From Candidatus Saccharimonadota bacterium (lineage in GTDB: Bacteria > Patescibacteriota > Microgenomatia > UBA1406 > GWC2-37-13): a DNA stretch of 32,000 bases. Location of the stretch: assembly GCA_016700135.1 (NCBI GenBank), contig CP065004.1:690001-722000 (forward strand), in the 5' to 3' direction. Positions 7,745-15,259 of this stretch are shown here, piece by piece. The notes beneath the pieces are model-generated. The model worked only from the letters and a program-made list of their open reading frames with translations, had not been told where the DNA came from and searched no databases. How positions within the stretch are numbered: the stretch's first letter is position 1; every line of letters begins with the position of its first letter. A program made the translations under genes and the position numbers.

Positions 7745-8461
7745 ATGAAACACCGCTTATATACACGAGATTTTATATTGACTCTTATACTTCGTACGAT
7801 CGGTAATTTTATGATTCTTTCATCCCTATTCTTTATCGGGAAAACATTCTATCAGCCTGTAAAAGAAGAAGCCCGTTATCTATATGAACAGCGCATCAAT
7901 AAAACGTATGTTGTAGCAGCTCCCGGGGAGGAACAAAAGATTAAGAGAGATTTTTCCATTGACACGGCAAAAGGATCATTATCTCAAGCTGCGAAAGATT
8001 CAAAACTTGAGGTGCTGGTACCGATAGACACTGATTTTAGCGTAGTTATTCCCAAAATTGCAGCCAACTCAATGGTCCTTCCGAACGTCAGCGTTACGGA
8101 TAAGGACGCATACCTCAAGGCACTTCAAACAGGTGTCGCACATGCAGAAGGGACAGCGTTCCCGGGTGAAGGAGGGCATATATTTATGTTTGCGCATTCG
8201 ACTGACTATATTTGGAATGTCGGTACCTATAATGCGGTCTTTTACTTGCTGTATAAACTTGAAGTCGGAGATGAAATCAACATATTTTATAAAGGCCAGA
8301 GATATGTATATAAAGTGACAGGAAGAGAAGTAGTTGATCCCACTGAAGTCGACTACCTGACGCGAAAAACGGATCGTGAATTCTTGACCCTTCAAACCTG
8401 TTGGCCGCCGGGAACTACTCTTAAAAGACAGCTCGTTTTTGCGGAAAGGGTGAGTGAATAA
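7745..8461 (+). CDS. Sortase-family transpeptidase (membrane anchored)
   Basis: ATG at 7745; the track ORF start at 7643 runs through the tRNA genes. N-terminal TM helix, active-site His in HIFMFAHS, and the TLQTC Cys motif followed by an Arg (LKRQLVFAERV). Confidence 0.8.
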   Translation: MKHRLYTRDFILTLILRTIGNFMILSSLFFIGKTFYQPVKEEARYLYEQRINKTYVVAAPGEEQKIKRDFSIDTAKGSLSQAAKDSKLEVLVPIDTDFSVVIPKIAANSMVLPNVSVTDKDAYLKALQTGVAHAEGTAFPGEGGHIFMFAHSTDYIWNVGTYNAVFYLLYKLEVGDEINIFYKGQRYVYKVTGREVVDPTEVDYLTRKTDREFLTLQTCWPPGTTLKRQLVFAERVSE

Positions 8462-8462
8462 T

Positions 8463-9830
8463 TTATCGGATTCCTACGGAGTAAAGGTCTCCGTACTGAT
8501 TATTTTGAGGATTAAGATTGATTACTACCATCAGATTCCAATCAGGTGATATACCGAAGTATGCCGGGTTGAACGGGCCTGCATATACAACTTCCTTATT
8601 TTCTCCGTCATATTGCATGATCACGATCTGTTTATCTTCTTTAACAGCAATATAATCCGATGTGGGATACCATAATACCGTTTGCTGAATATTGTGGACG
8701 AGTTGTGCATTCAGTACCTGAGCAAGTGCCGGAGTCGGAGATACCGAAGGGGTTACTGTATCGTTTGTCCGGACGGAAGCGGCAACAGACGGTGTAGGAG
8801 TAGGAATGACAATTTCATGTGCCAGAGGAATATGAAAATTCTTATCTTCCTTTTTGTCGTATATATATAAATTACCTTTTTTTATATTTCGGACTTCAGG
8901 AGTCTGATTTGCACCGATAAGCGGTGGGTCAAGGACAATCGGTAAAGAATCATCAGCTTTAGCAACATACATTACTTTTTTTTCATCGGGAGAGAGTGAT
9001 ACGATGTAAAAAGACTCAGTAGCCGTTTTTTGTAGTTTTTTCGGAAGTGTTTCAACAATTTTCAGAAGTTCTTTATTTTTTTCTGTCTCCCATCGGGCTA
9101 GAATCGTATCCCGTGAGTTGGTTATATCAAAAAGCTCTACATTCTGATTGTCAAGAGTTACAAGATATGAAATAGTATCGGGCAATACATCTTCGTCCAG
9201 ATCAGTTTCCGTTTGTGCGTATTGAAATGTGACAATTGCCTGACGGTAGTTCGGATCAAACTCAAATTCAGCAGTATTCATATCCAGTTCAACCGGAAGA
9301 AGTGACTGCAGCATAAGCAATTTGAGCGGCGGGAAAATAGTAAGCGGTTGACTGCTGGGTTCAAATAAATAAATACCATCCTTTTCAGTATCGCCTGTTG
9401 TAGTAAGCAAAATAATTTTGTCAGTATTTCCGACAGAAACTGCTTTGCTGATACCGAGATTGGTAAGGGGTGTTAGAGAAGGATTCCTGGAAAACAATAA
9501 TGCGTTCAAGCTCATTACCAGTTCACCTTTAAGGGATACTTCTTTTTTCCAGCTTGAATAACCTTCCTTTTTGACCTCAACGGTATACTTGCCATAAGGG
9601 AGGGTGAGATTTGTATCGGTTGCACCCTGGAGAACTCCGTTTATATATACCTTGGCCGGGCGCGGACTTGAGTTCACGGAAATAATTCCGGTAGAAGAAA
9701 TTGTTCCTTCGCGAAAATTAAATCGGTATCCACGGGCATATGCTATAACAGCAATAAGGACGAGGACAAATACCGTAAAAATAACAAGTCTTTGCAACAG
9801 ATGTTTGGTTGTATTAATGACGATCTTCAT
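8463..9830 (-). CDS. PEGA-domain membrane protein
   Basis: N-terminal TM helix, then a PEGA domain (SVNSSPRPAKVYINGVLQGATDTNLTLPYGKYTVEVKKEGYSSWKKEV). The large C-terminal domain is uncharacterised. Divergent from mreB. Confidence 0.75.
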   Translation of the reverse strand: MKIVINTTKHLLQRLVIFTVFVLVLIAVIAYARGYRFNFREGTISSTGIISVNSSPRPAKVYINGVLQGATDTNLTLPYGKYTVEVKKEGYSSWKKEVSLKGELVMSLNALLFSRNPSLTPLTNLGISKAVSVGNTDKIILLTTTGDTEKDGIYLFEPSSQPLTIFPPLKLLMLQSLLPVELDMNTAEFEFDPNYRQAIVTFQYAQTETDLDEDVLPDTISYLVTLDNQNVELFDITNSRDTILARWETEKNKELLKIVETLPKKLQKTATESFYIVSLSPDEKKVMYVAKADDSLPIVLDPPLIGANQTPEVRNIKKGNLYIYDKKEDKNFHIPLAHEIVIPTPTPSVAASVRTNDTVTPSVSPTPALAQVLNAQLVHNIQQTVLWYPTSDYIAVKEDKQIVIMQYDGENKEVVYAGPFNPAYFGISPDWNLMVVINLNPQNNQYGDLYSVGIR

Positions 9831-9969
9831 GATATATTGGGATCCATTTAATATATATTGTGATATATCTATTCTGACGGTTCTTCTGTATTTTATCCCT
9901 GCTTATTATACAATAAATAACACGCAAATAACGTCTTAAAGGCAATTGCTTACATTTTTACAGAATCCT

Positions 9970-10989
9970 ATGTTTTTCAGAAAGAAAGTCGGTATCGATT
10001 TAGGAACGGCAAATACCGTCGTGTATGTGGTGAAAGAAGGCATTGTTCTAAATGAGCCCACTGTTGTTGCTTACTCACAGGAAGATAAAAGAGTTCTGGC
10101 TGTGGGTGAAGATGCCCGTGAAATGCTCGGGCGTACTCCGAACAATATCATTGCCGCCCGTCCTATGAAAGAAGGTGTAATAGCCGATTTTACGACCACT
10201 TCAGCGATGATAACTTATTATCTGCGAAAAGCACTGAAAGGCAGATTGTTTTGGCCGGAAGTTATGATATCTATCCCCGGAGGTTCTTCACAGGTTGAAA
10301 AACGTGCGGTAGTTGCTGCCTGTAAACAGGCTGGTGCTTCTGATGTGTACCTTATTGAAGAACCGCTAGCGGCTGCAATAGGAGCACGTATACCCATTTC
10401 CCAACCGTCAGGACATATGATAGTCAATATCGGCGGAGGTACCGCTGAAATCGGGATACTTTCGTTGGGCCAGCTCGTTGTATTCAAGACAGTTCGTACA
10501 GCAGGAACAAAATTCGATGAAGCAATTCTGACACACATGAGGAAAAAGCACAGTCTGCATATCGGCGAGCGTACAGCAGAGGATATCAAAATGAAAATCG
10601 GCAATGCTCATCTTAGCGATTTAAACGAGGACGAAAAGAAAAAGATACGCAGGCTGGAAGTTAAGGGAAGAGATACTCAGTCAGGATTACCGAAAATACT
10701 TGATATCGGGGAAGACAGCATTAATGAGGCTTTACAAAAACCCCTAAAGCAGATAATTGAAGGGGTAAAGGAAGTGTTAGCGCAAAGTCCCCCGGAGCTT
10801 GCTGCTGACATTGTGGAAAAGGGTATTGTATTGTCTGGAGGCTCTTCTATGTTAAAAAATCTGGATAAATATGTCACTTATTATACAGGCGTTCCGGCCT
10901 TTGTAGTTGAAGAACCTTTATTTTGCGTGATTCGGGGCATCGGGATGGCAATAGAGAATTTAGACAGCTACAAGAAAGCGATAAAATAA
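9970..10989 (+). CDS. mreB: Rod-shape-determining actin homologue MreB
   Basis: ATG at 9970; the track start at 9946 is a TTG. Contains VGIDLGTANTVVYV, ARPMKEGVIADF, EPLAAAIGA, VNIGGGTAEI and GIVLSGGSSMLKNLD, the full actin/MreB phosphate and adenosine motifs. Confidence 0.92.
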   Translation: MFFRKKVGIDLGTANTVVYVVKEGIVLNEPTVVAYSQEDKRVLAVGEDAREMLGRTPNNIIAARPMKEGVIADFTTTSAMITYYLRKALKGRLFWPEVMISIPGGSSQVEKRAVVAACKQAGASDVYLIEEPLAAAIGARIPISQPSGHMIVNIGGGTAEIGILSLGQLVVFKTVRTAGTKFDEAILTHMRKKHSLHIGERTAEDIKMKIGNAHLSDLNEDEKKKIRRLEVKGRDTQSGLPKILDIGEDSINEALQKPLKQIIEGVKEVLAQSPPELAADIVEKGIVLSGGSSMLKNLDKYVTYYTGVPAFVVEEPLFCVIRGIGMAIENLDSYKKAIK

Positions 10990-11214
10990 TTATAATATAG
11001 ACCTATAGATGCTTAATTTTGCGCAAGATGCGCTTAGTTGTCAAAAAAAAGGAAAAAAGTCGGAAAAGAAGTACAGCTGATATAGTATTTTTTATAATTT
11101 ATTAAAATAACGCACGGAAATCAAAAATATACTGTCAAATTAATACTTAAATAATTCAATAAAATTGAACAAAAGGAAAAAAATTTAAAATCATTTTAAC
11201 TTATAAATAGGGCA

Positions 11215-11973
11215 ATGACTACAAAAGCACAGAAATTCTTAAAAATTGATCTTAAGCCTCTAAAACGGAAAGATATCCTAGAGCGAATCAATAAGTACAT
11301 GCGTAATTCATATGTATTTTGTCATATTGTATCCCTCAATCCGGAGAATGTGATGATTGCACAACATGATGAAGAGTTTAGAAATATATTGTCACAAGGC
11401 GATATTCAGATAGTCGATGGAGTGGGTATAGCTCTGGGAGGCTCTATTTTGGGAATTGAGGTGGGAGAACGGGTGACGGGGGTGGATTTGATGGAGATAA
11501 TGCTGAAAAACACAAAAGAAGGGGGTCTCCATGTTCTGCTTTTGGGCGGAAAGTCAAATGTAGCAGACGATCTGGCAAAGTGCTATCAAAAAAAATATTC
11601 AAATATTTTCTTTAAGGGAATAGAGGGGATTTCAAATATACAAGCACCAAAAACTGATGAAGAACGCAGGATTTTTAGTATAGTGGCTGATTATAGGCCC
11701 CAAATCATATTTGCAGCTTTCGGCTCACCCTGGCAAGAGAAGTGGTTTTGGGCTCATAAAGATAAGTTTAAAGGCATAGTATGTATGGGAGTCGGAGGCG
11801 GATTTGATTTTGCGTTAGGGAAGATATCAAGAGCACCGGCATGGGTACGTACCATTGGGATGGAATGGTTGTTTAGATTGTTAAAACAACCTTGGAGAGC
11901 AAAAAGACAGATGAGACTGTTCAGATATATTTTGCTCCTGATAAAAGCAAGATTCGGCTTTTCTGACAACTAA
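11215..11973 (+). CDS. WecB/TagA/CpsF-family glycosyltransferase
   Basis: Contains VDGVGIALG, IFAAFGSPWQEKWF and GVGGGFDF...RAPAWVRTIGMEWLFRLLKQPWRAKR, which are characteristic of the TagA/WecG family. Confidence 0.8.
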   Translation: MTTKAQKFLKIDLKPLKRKDILERINKYMRNSYVFCHIVSLNPENVMIAQHDEEFRNILSQGDIQIVDGVGIALGGSILGIEVGERVTGVDLMEIMLKNTKEGGLHVLLLGGKSNVADDLAKCYQKKYSNIFFKGIEGISNIQAPKTDEERRIFSIVADYRPQIIFAAFGSPWQEKWFWAHKDKFKGIVCMGVGGGFDFALGKISRAPAWVRTIGMEWLFRLLKQPWRAKRQMRLFRYILLLIKARFGFSDN

Positions 11974-11982
11974 TCAACGCAT

Positions 11983-12810
11983 ATGAAAGCAGAAATTCTA
12001 CATGTATTATCCTATTATGAGCTTTTTGAGTACCCTCCTACCATAGAAGAGATATATTACTCACTTAAGATAAAGACATCGTTTGATGAGATAGAGTCGG
12101 CATTAGTGCAGCTCATAAACCGCGGACAGGTTTTCACCAAGGGACAAAGGTATGCTAAAAAACGTGAAATTATCGTGTTGTTTCAGTCAAAAATGCGTTA
12201 TTCTAAGAAATTGACTGCTGACTTTACCAAGATACATAAAGTATTTACGTCATTTCCTACAATACAACTTGTCGGGATATCGGGTTCTCTTAGCATGCTG
12301 GATGCAGATCAATCTGATGATATAGATTTGTTTGTCGTGACAGCAAAAGATACACTGTGGCTCACCAGACTATATGTGTTGATTGTAACTCGATTTCTAT
12401 CATTGCTCGGAAATTACATTGCTCAGAAATTGTGTTGGAACATTTTCATGGAAGAGGAGTGCTTAACACTTCCGCCAAAAAAACAAAATGAATACACCGC
12501 TCATGAGTTGATACAATTGAAAATTGTTTATGAAAAACATCTAACTTCTCAAAAACTCCAAAGTCACAATGCATGGATCCTCAAGATATTGCCGAACGTT
12601 CAAATAAATTATCATCAAAATAAATCTGACTATAGAGCTTCAGGAAAAAGCAAAATCCTAAAATATTTTGATGAATTTTTACGATATTTCCAATTGAAAT
12701 GGCTCCATATCAAAGGATATAAAACCATAGAATATGATTCTCAGGCATGGTTTATTCAGGACGACTTTGAACAGAAGATACCGAGGGGTCTAATAAGGAA
12801 GAATACGTAG
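11983..12810 (+). CDS. Hypothetical protein with a Pol-beta-type nucleotidyltransferase signature
   Basis: GISGSLSMLDADQSDDIDLFVV fits the GS-x(n)-DxD minimal NTase motif. The N-terminal 60 aa look like a winged helix. Confidence 0.5.
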   Translation: MKAEILHVLSYYELFEYPPTIEEIYYSLKIKTSFDEIESALVQLINRGQVFTKGQRYAKKREIIVLFQSKMRYSKKLTADFTKIHKVFTSFPTIQLVGISGSLSMLDADQSDDIDLFVVTAKDTLWLTRLYVLIVTRFLSLLGNYIAQKLCWNIFMEEECLTLPPKKQNEYTAHELIQLKIVYEKHLTSQKLQSHNAWILKILPNVQINYHQNKSDYRASGKSKILKYFDEFLRYFQLKWLHIKGYKTIEYDSQAWFIQDDFEQKIPRGLIRKNT

Positions 12811-13369
12811 CTAAATCCAATTCAAAATCTATGTAATCTCCGTTCGGTTTGCCCGGTCCGTACTGCCTTGTGAGATTGCGCAGAGAGGCTGTATTATCAA
12901 CTTTTGTACTGGCCCGTGCAACTCGAAATCCGAGCTCCTTTGCATGATTGAGGATGATAGATCCAACAGCTGATCCAATACCCTGACCCCAATATTGTTT
13001 CTCGCCGATAGTAATAGCCCTTTCAAATGACATTTCATCTAAATTGATACCATTCATGCTCACATGGCCGATAAATCCGTGCCTTGGATGAATTATCCGA
13101 AAAAAAGCAAATTCCGGTGAAGCTGTCATATAGTCTACGAATTCTTTTGCAGATACTCGTTGATTGGGGTCTGTTGTAAAGGGTGTATTGGGATGTAAAT
13201 ATCTTGTTACATCTTGATCAGAAAACCATTTTTCATGTTCAGGAGCCTCTGTGCCATCAAACGGCACAAGTGATATTCCAGTTACTGTGTCAATCACAGG
13301 TTCTGACTTGAGTTGCTTGATCAAGGGTGAAAATTGGAGAGTATCATGGCGTAAAGCTTGTTCTACCAT
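12752..13369 (-). CDS. GNAT-family N-acetyltransferase (RimJ/RimL-like)
   Basis: Acetyl-CoA motif A QYWGQGIGSAVGSIILNHAKELGF. The last 59 nt overlap the 3' end of the convergent gene 11983-12810. Confidence 0.75.
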   Translation of the reverse strand: MVEQALRHDTLQFSPLIKQLKSEPVIDTVTGISLVPFDGTEAPEHEKWFSDQDVTRYLHPNTPFTTDPNQRVSAKEFVDYMTASPEFAFFRIIHPRHGFIGHVSMNGINLDEMSFERAITIGEKQYWGQGIGSAVGSIILNHAKELGFRVARASTKVDNTASLRNLTRQYGPGKPNGDYIDFELDLATYSSLLDPSVSSVQSRPE

Positions 13370-13374
13370 ACTGT

Positions 13375-13383
13375 ATTATACCA
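13375..13383 (-). promoter_or_regulatory. Extended -10 element TGGTATAAT located 5 nt upstream of the GNAT ATG (leaderless-type arrangement)
   Basis: The minus strand reads TGGTATAAT-ACAGT-ATG. There is no Shine-Dalgarno sequence. Confidence 0.5.
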
Positions 13384-13400
13384 TGTCAGTTACTTTCGAG

Positions 13401-13490
13401 CGGAGGTGGCGGGATTCGAACCCGCGCGAGCACTTTTAGATGCTCGGAGGTTTAGCAAACCTCTGCCATAGGCCTCTAGGCGACACCTCC
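13401..13490 (-). tRNA. trnS-GCU: tRNA-Ser(GCU), class II with a long variable arm
   Basis: The minus strand reads GGAGGTG..GAGGT TTGCTAA ACCTC, then the long arm CGAGCATCTAAAAGTGCTCG, then GCGGG TTCGAAT CCCGC CACCTCC G. Confidence 0.9.
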
Positions 13491-13534
13491 TACTTCAGCT
13501 TTTAGCTATCTGTTATTAGCTTATAGATTCTATC

Positions 13535-13562
13535 GGCTGAAAGCTAAAGGCTAATGGCTATC
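13535..13562. repeat. Four tandem heptamers (GGCTGAA AGCTAAA GGCTAAT GGCTATC) in the tRNA-Leu/tRNA-Ser spacer
   Basis: Read directly. The left half of the same spacer (13494-13520) carries the complementary hexamers TTCAGC, TTTAGC and ATTAGC. Confidence 0.7.
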
Positions 13563-13563
13563 T

Positions 13564-13650
13564 TGGTGCCGGAGAGAGGACTTGAACCTCCAAGATATTG
13601 CTATCACACGGCTCTGAACCGTGCGCGTCTGCCAATTTCGCCACTCCGGC
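13564..13650 (-). tRNA. trnL-CAG: tRNA-Leu(CAG), class II, with genomically encoded CCA
   Basis: The minus strand reads GCCGGAG TG GCGAAATTGGCAGACGC G CACGG TTCAGAG CCGTG, then a long variable arm, then GGAGG TTCAAGT CCTCT CTCCGGC A CCA. Confidence 0.9.
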
Positions 13651-13664
13651 TTGCGAATTTGTTT

Positions 13665-13673
13665 ATTATACCA
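13665..13673 (-). promoter_or_regulatory. Extended -10 element TGGTATAAT for the tRNA-Leu/tRNA-Ser transcript
   Basis: The minus strand reads TGGTATAAT and ends 14 nt upstream of the tRNA-Leu 5' end. Confidence 0.45.
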
Positions 13674-13833
13674 TCTTGTAATCCAATCTCCGTTAGAATT
13701 CGCTTTGGCTCTAGTGTAAACAAACTATATAAATATCATAAAGAAAAAGTAAGATTTAGGCCTTTGGGACAATTTATACTTTATACTACTCTTGAGGATG
13801 TTATTCGTTGTCATCGGAAGGAGGTGAAAACTC

Positions 13834-13986
13834 ATGGGACTTATTGAGTTAATTGTTGCAATACTCATTTTTTTGTTTTTAGTGAACTTGATACTGAGTT
13901 TTATCCCGGTTCCAAGAGGAATAGGCGGTGCCATTGTTATTATATTGGTGATATTTTTAGTTTTGCGTCTTATGGGAATGATGTAG
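13834..13986 (+). CDS. Small (50 aa) two-TM membrane protein; not in the ORF track because it is under 60 aa
   Basis: Strong Shine-Dalgarno GGAAGGAGGTGA lies 6 nt upstream of the ATG. Translation: MGLIELIVAILIFLFLVNLILSFIPVPRGIGGAIVIILVIFLVLRLMGMM. Confidence 0.6.
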   Translation: MGLIELIVAILIFLFLVNLILSFIPVPRGIGGAIVIILVIFLVLRLMGMM

Positions 13987-14026
13987 TTTATTAGCAGTTA
14001 CATGAAAGATAGGAGGTGAATACAAC

Positions 14027-14227
14027 ATGGCAGAAACCACAAACGAAGGCAGCGGAGCCGGTATGAGCATGGGAATGATGATGGGAATAATGCTGGTAGT
14101 ATTACTTCTCATACTGTTTTTTATTTTTCGAGGAGGATTCGGAATGGGAGGAACGGGAAATACAGGAGGAACGGACGTTCAGATCCCCGATAAGGTAGAT
14201 GTGAACATCAACGACGGTGGTCAATAA
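14027..14227 (+). CDS. Small (66 aa) membrane protein with a Gly-rich tail
   Basis: Shine-Dalgarno TAGGAGGTGA lies 7 nt upstream of the ATG. One TM helix (IMLVVLLLILFFIF), then GGFGMGGTGNTGG. Followed by a terminator hairpin. Confidence 0.6.
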   Translation: MAETTNEGSGAGMSMGMMMGIMLVVLLLILFFIFRGGFGMGGTGNTGGTDVQIPDKVDVNINDGGQ

Positions 14228-14233
14228 CTTCAA

Positions 14234-14268
14234 TAGGGGTTGAGAATCTTGCGGGAACTCAACCCCTA
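14234..14268 (+). terminator. Putative intrinsic terminator hairpin
   Basis: An 11-bp perfect stem, TAGGGGTTGAG (14234-14244) paired with CTCAACCCCTA (14258-14268), with a 13-nt loop. It is followed by TATTATAGG, which is a poor T-tract. Confidence 0.5.
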
Positions 14269-14414
14269 TATTATAGGTAAAATGAATTACTTCATAATGG
14301 ATTTTGATATGCATTGGTGATGCATCTGATTTGGAACTTTATACAGATCTGTGATGTATTTAATGATTTTATTATGAAGAGTACAATAAAGGTAATTATT
14401 ATTTACTATAAGAT

Positions 14415-15206
14415 ATGTCTGAAATATTGAAGCCGGATGTTACAAAAAGCAGAGAATTGAAGGGTTCTCAAATATATATACGTAATAGACCTCCCGTTCG
14501 ACCTATTGATATGCTGGGAGGAATGGAATCATTTGTTGCCGGCAATTTATATAAGGCGGTAGAGAAAAAGCATCCTGACGAACAGGCAGACAAAGTCCGT
14601 GAAGTTTTCTATACAGGTCTCGTTGAGAAAAGTCATGTGTATGATCCAAGTATTTTGCGGTGGCAGACCCTTCGCCAGAACCCGGTGGGAGATACAAATG
14701 CACGCCTCACGGGATTTGAAGGGTATTATGTCGGGTCGGGATTGACTCCCGATGAGATTGTACGGAGTATTACCCAACAGGGAACAGAAATATTGAAAGC
14801 ACTGCCAGGAGGACTGAAACGGGAAGTATTTAAAACTTTACAGGGACAAGGCGCAACGTTTCCTGCTGTGTTGTGGCTGTCAGCAGAATTCGGAGCACTG
14901 CTTGGTAAGTATCGTGCAATGCGTTCACTTAACAATGAAGCCAAACAGTTCAGGGCAGGTCTTCCTGACTTTTCAGGCAGTAAGATACAGTACAACGGAG
15001 ACACCAGCGTAGAACAGTTCGCAGTGCCTGTTGTTTCAGGGGATCAGATATTCCAGGCACACATGGGTGATATACAGGATCCGGGGAGTCCTTACGGACT
15101 TATGCACAAGATAGGTCAGTTGGGTCACCCGTTCTATCGCGCAATTATCGGCAGTATAGATCCTGAAGAAATGAGATATCTTCAGTACAAACCGGCAGCA
15201 TGGTAA
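14415..15206 (+). CDS. Hypothetical protein (263 aa, soluble, no recognisable motif)
   Basis: Long ORF with coding-like composition. Its GC content is higher than the flanking DNA. Confidence 0.6.
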   Translation: MSEILKPDVTKSRELKGSQIYIRNRPPVRPIDMLGGMESFVAGNLYKAVEKKHPDEQADKVREVFYTGLVEKSHVYDPSILRWQTLRQNPVGDTNARLTGFEGYYVGSGLTPDEIVRSITQQGTEILKALPGGLKREVFKTLQGQGATFPAVLWLSAEFGALLGKYRAMRSLNNEAKQFRAGLPDFSGSKIQYNGDTSVEQFAVPVVSGDQIFQAHMGDIQDPGSPYGLMHKIGQLGHPFYRAIIGSIDPEEMRYLQYKPAAW

Positions 15207-15220
15207 ATTTGTCATAAATC

Positions 15221-15250
15221 TTGACATTTCCGAAAAAAACAGTGTAGAAT
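15221..15250 (+). promoter_or_regulatory. Sigma-70-type promoter TTGACA-18 nt-TAGAAT, ending 9 nt upstream of the TrmB-like ATG
   Basis: TTGACA at 15221-15226 and TAGAAT at 15245-15250. The -35 element is part of an inverted repeat TGTCA-n7-TGACA (15210-15226), a possible operator. Confidence 0.55.
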
Positions 15251-15259
15251 GAGATTGGT

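Noticed and set aside
7581-7766. Track ORFs overlapping the tRNA-Arg locus (7581-7766 on the minus strand, and the 7643 start of the sortase ORF)
   Set aside because: They are made of tRNA sequence. The sortase has a proper ATG at 7745, downstream of the tRNAs.
11021-11033. The hairpin GCGCA-AGA-TGCGC after mreB as a terminator
   Set aside because: It has only a 5-bp stem and no following T-tract. I cannot support it as a terminator.
13554-13847. A 97-aa plus-strand ORF and a 62-aa ORF (13251-13439) across tRNA-Leu and tRNA-Ser
   Set aside because: They overlap well-folded tRNA genes on the opposite strand and have no coding signature.
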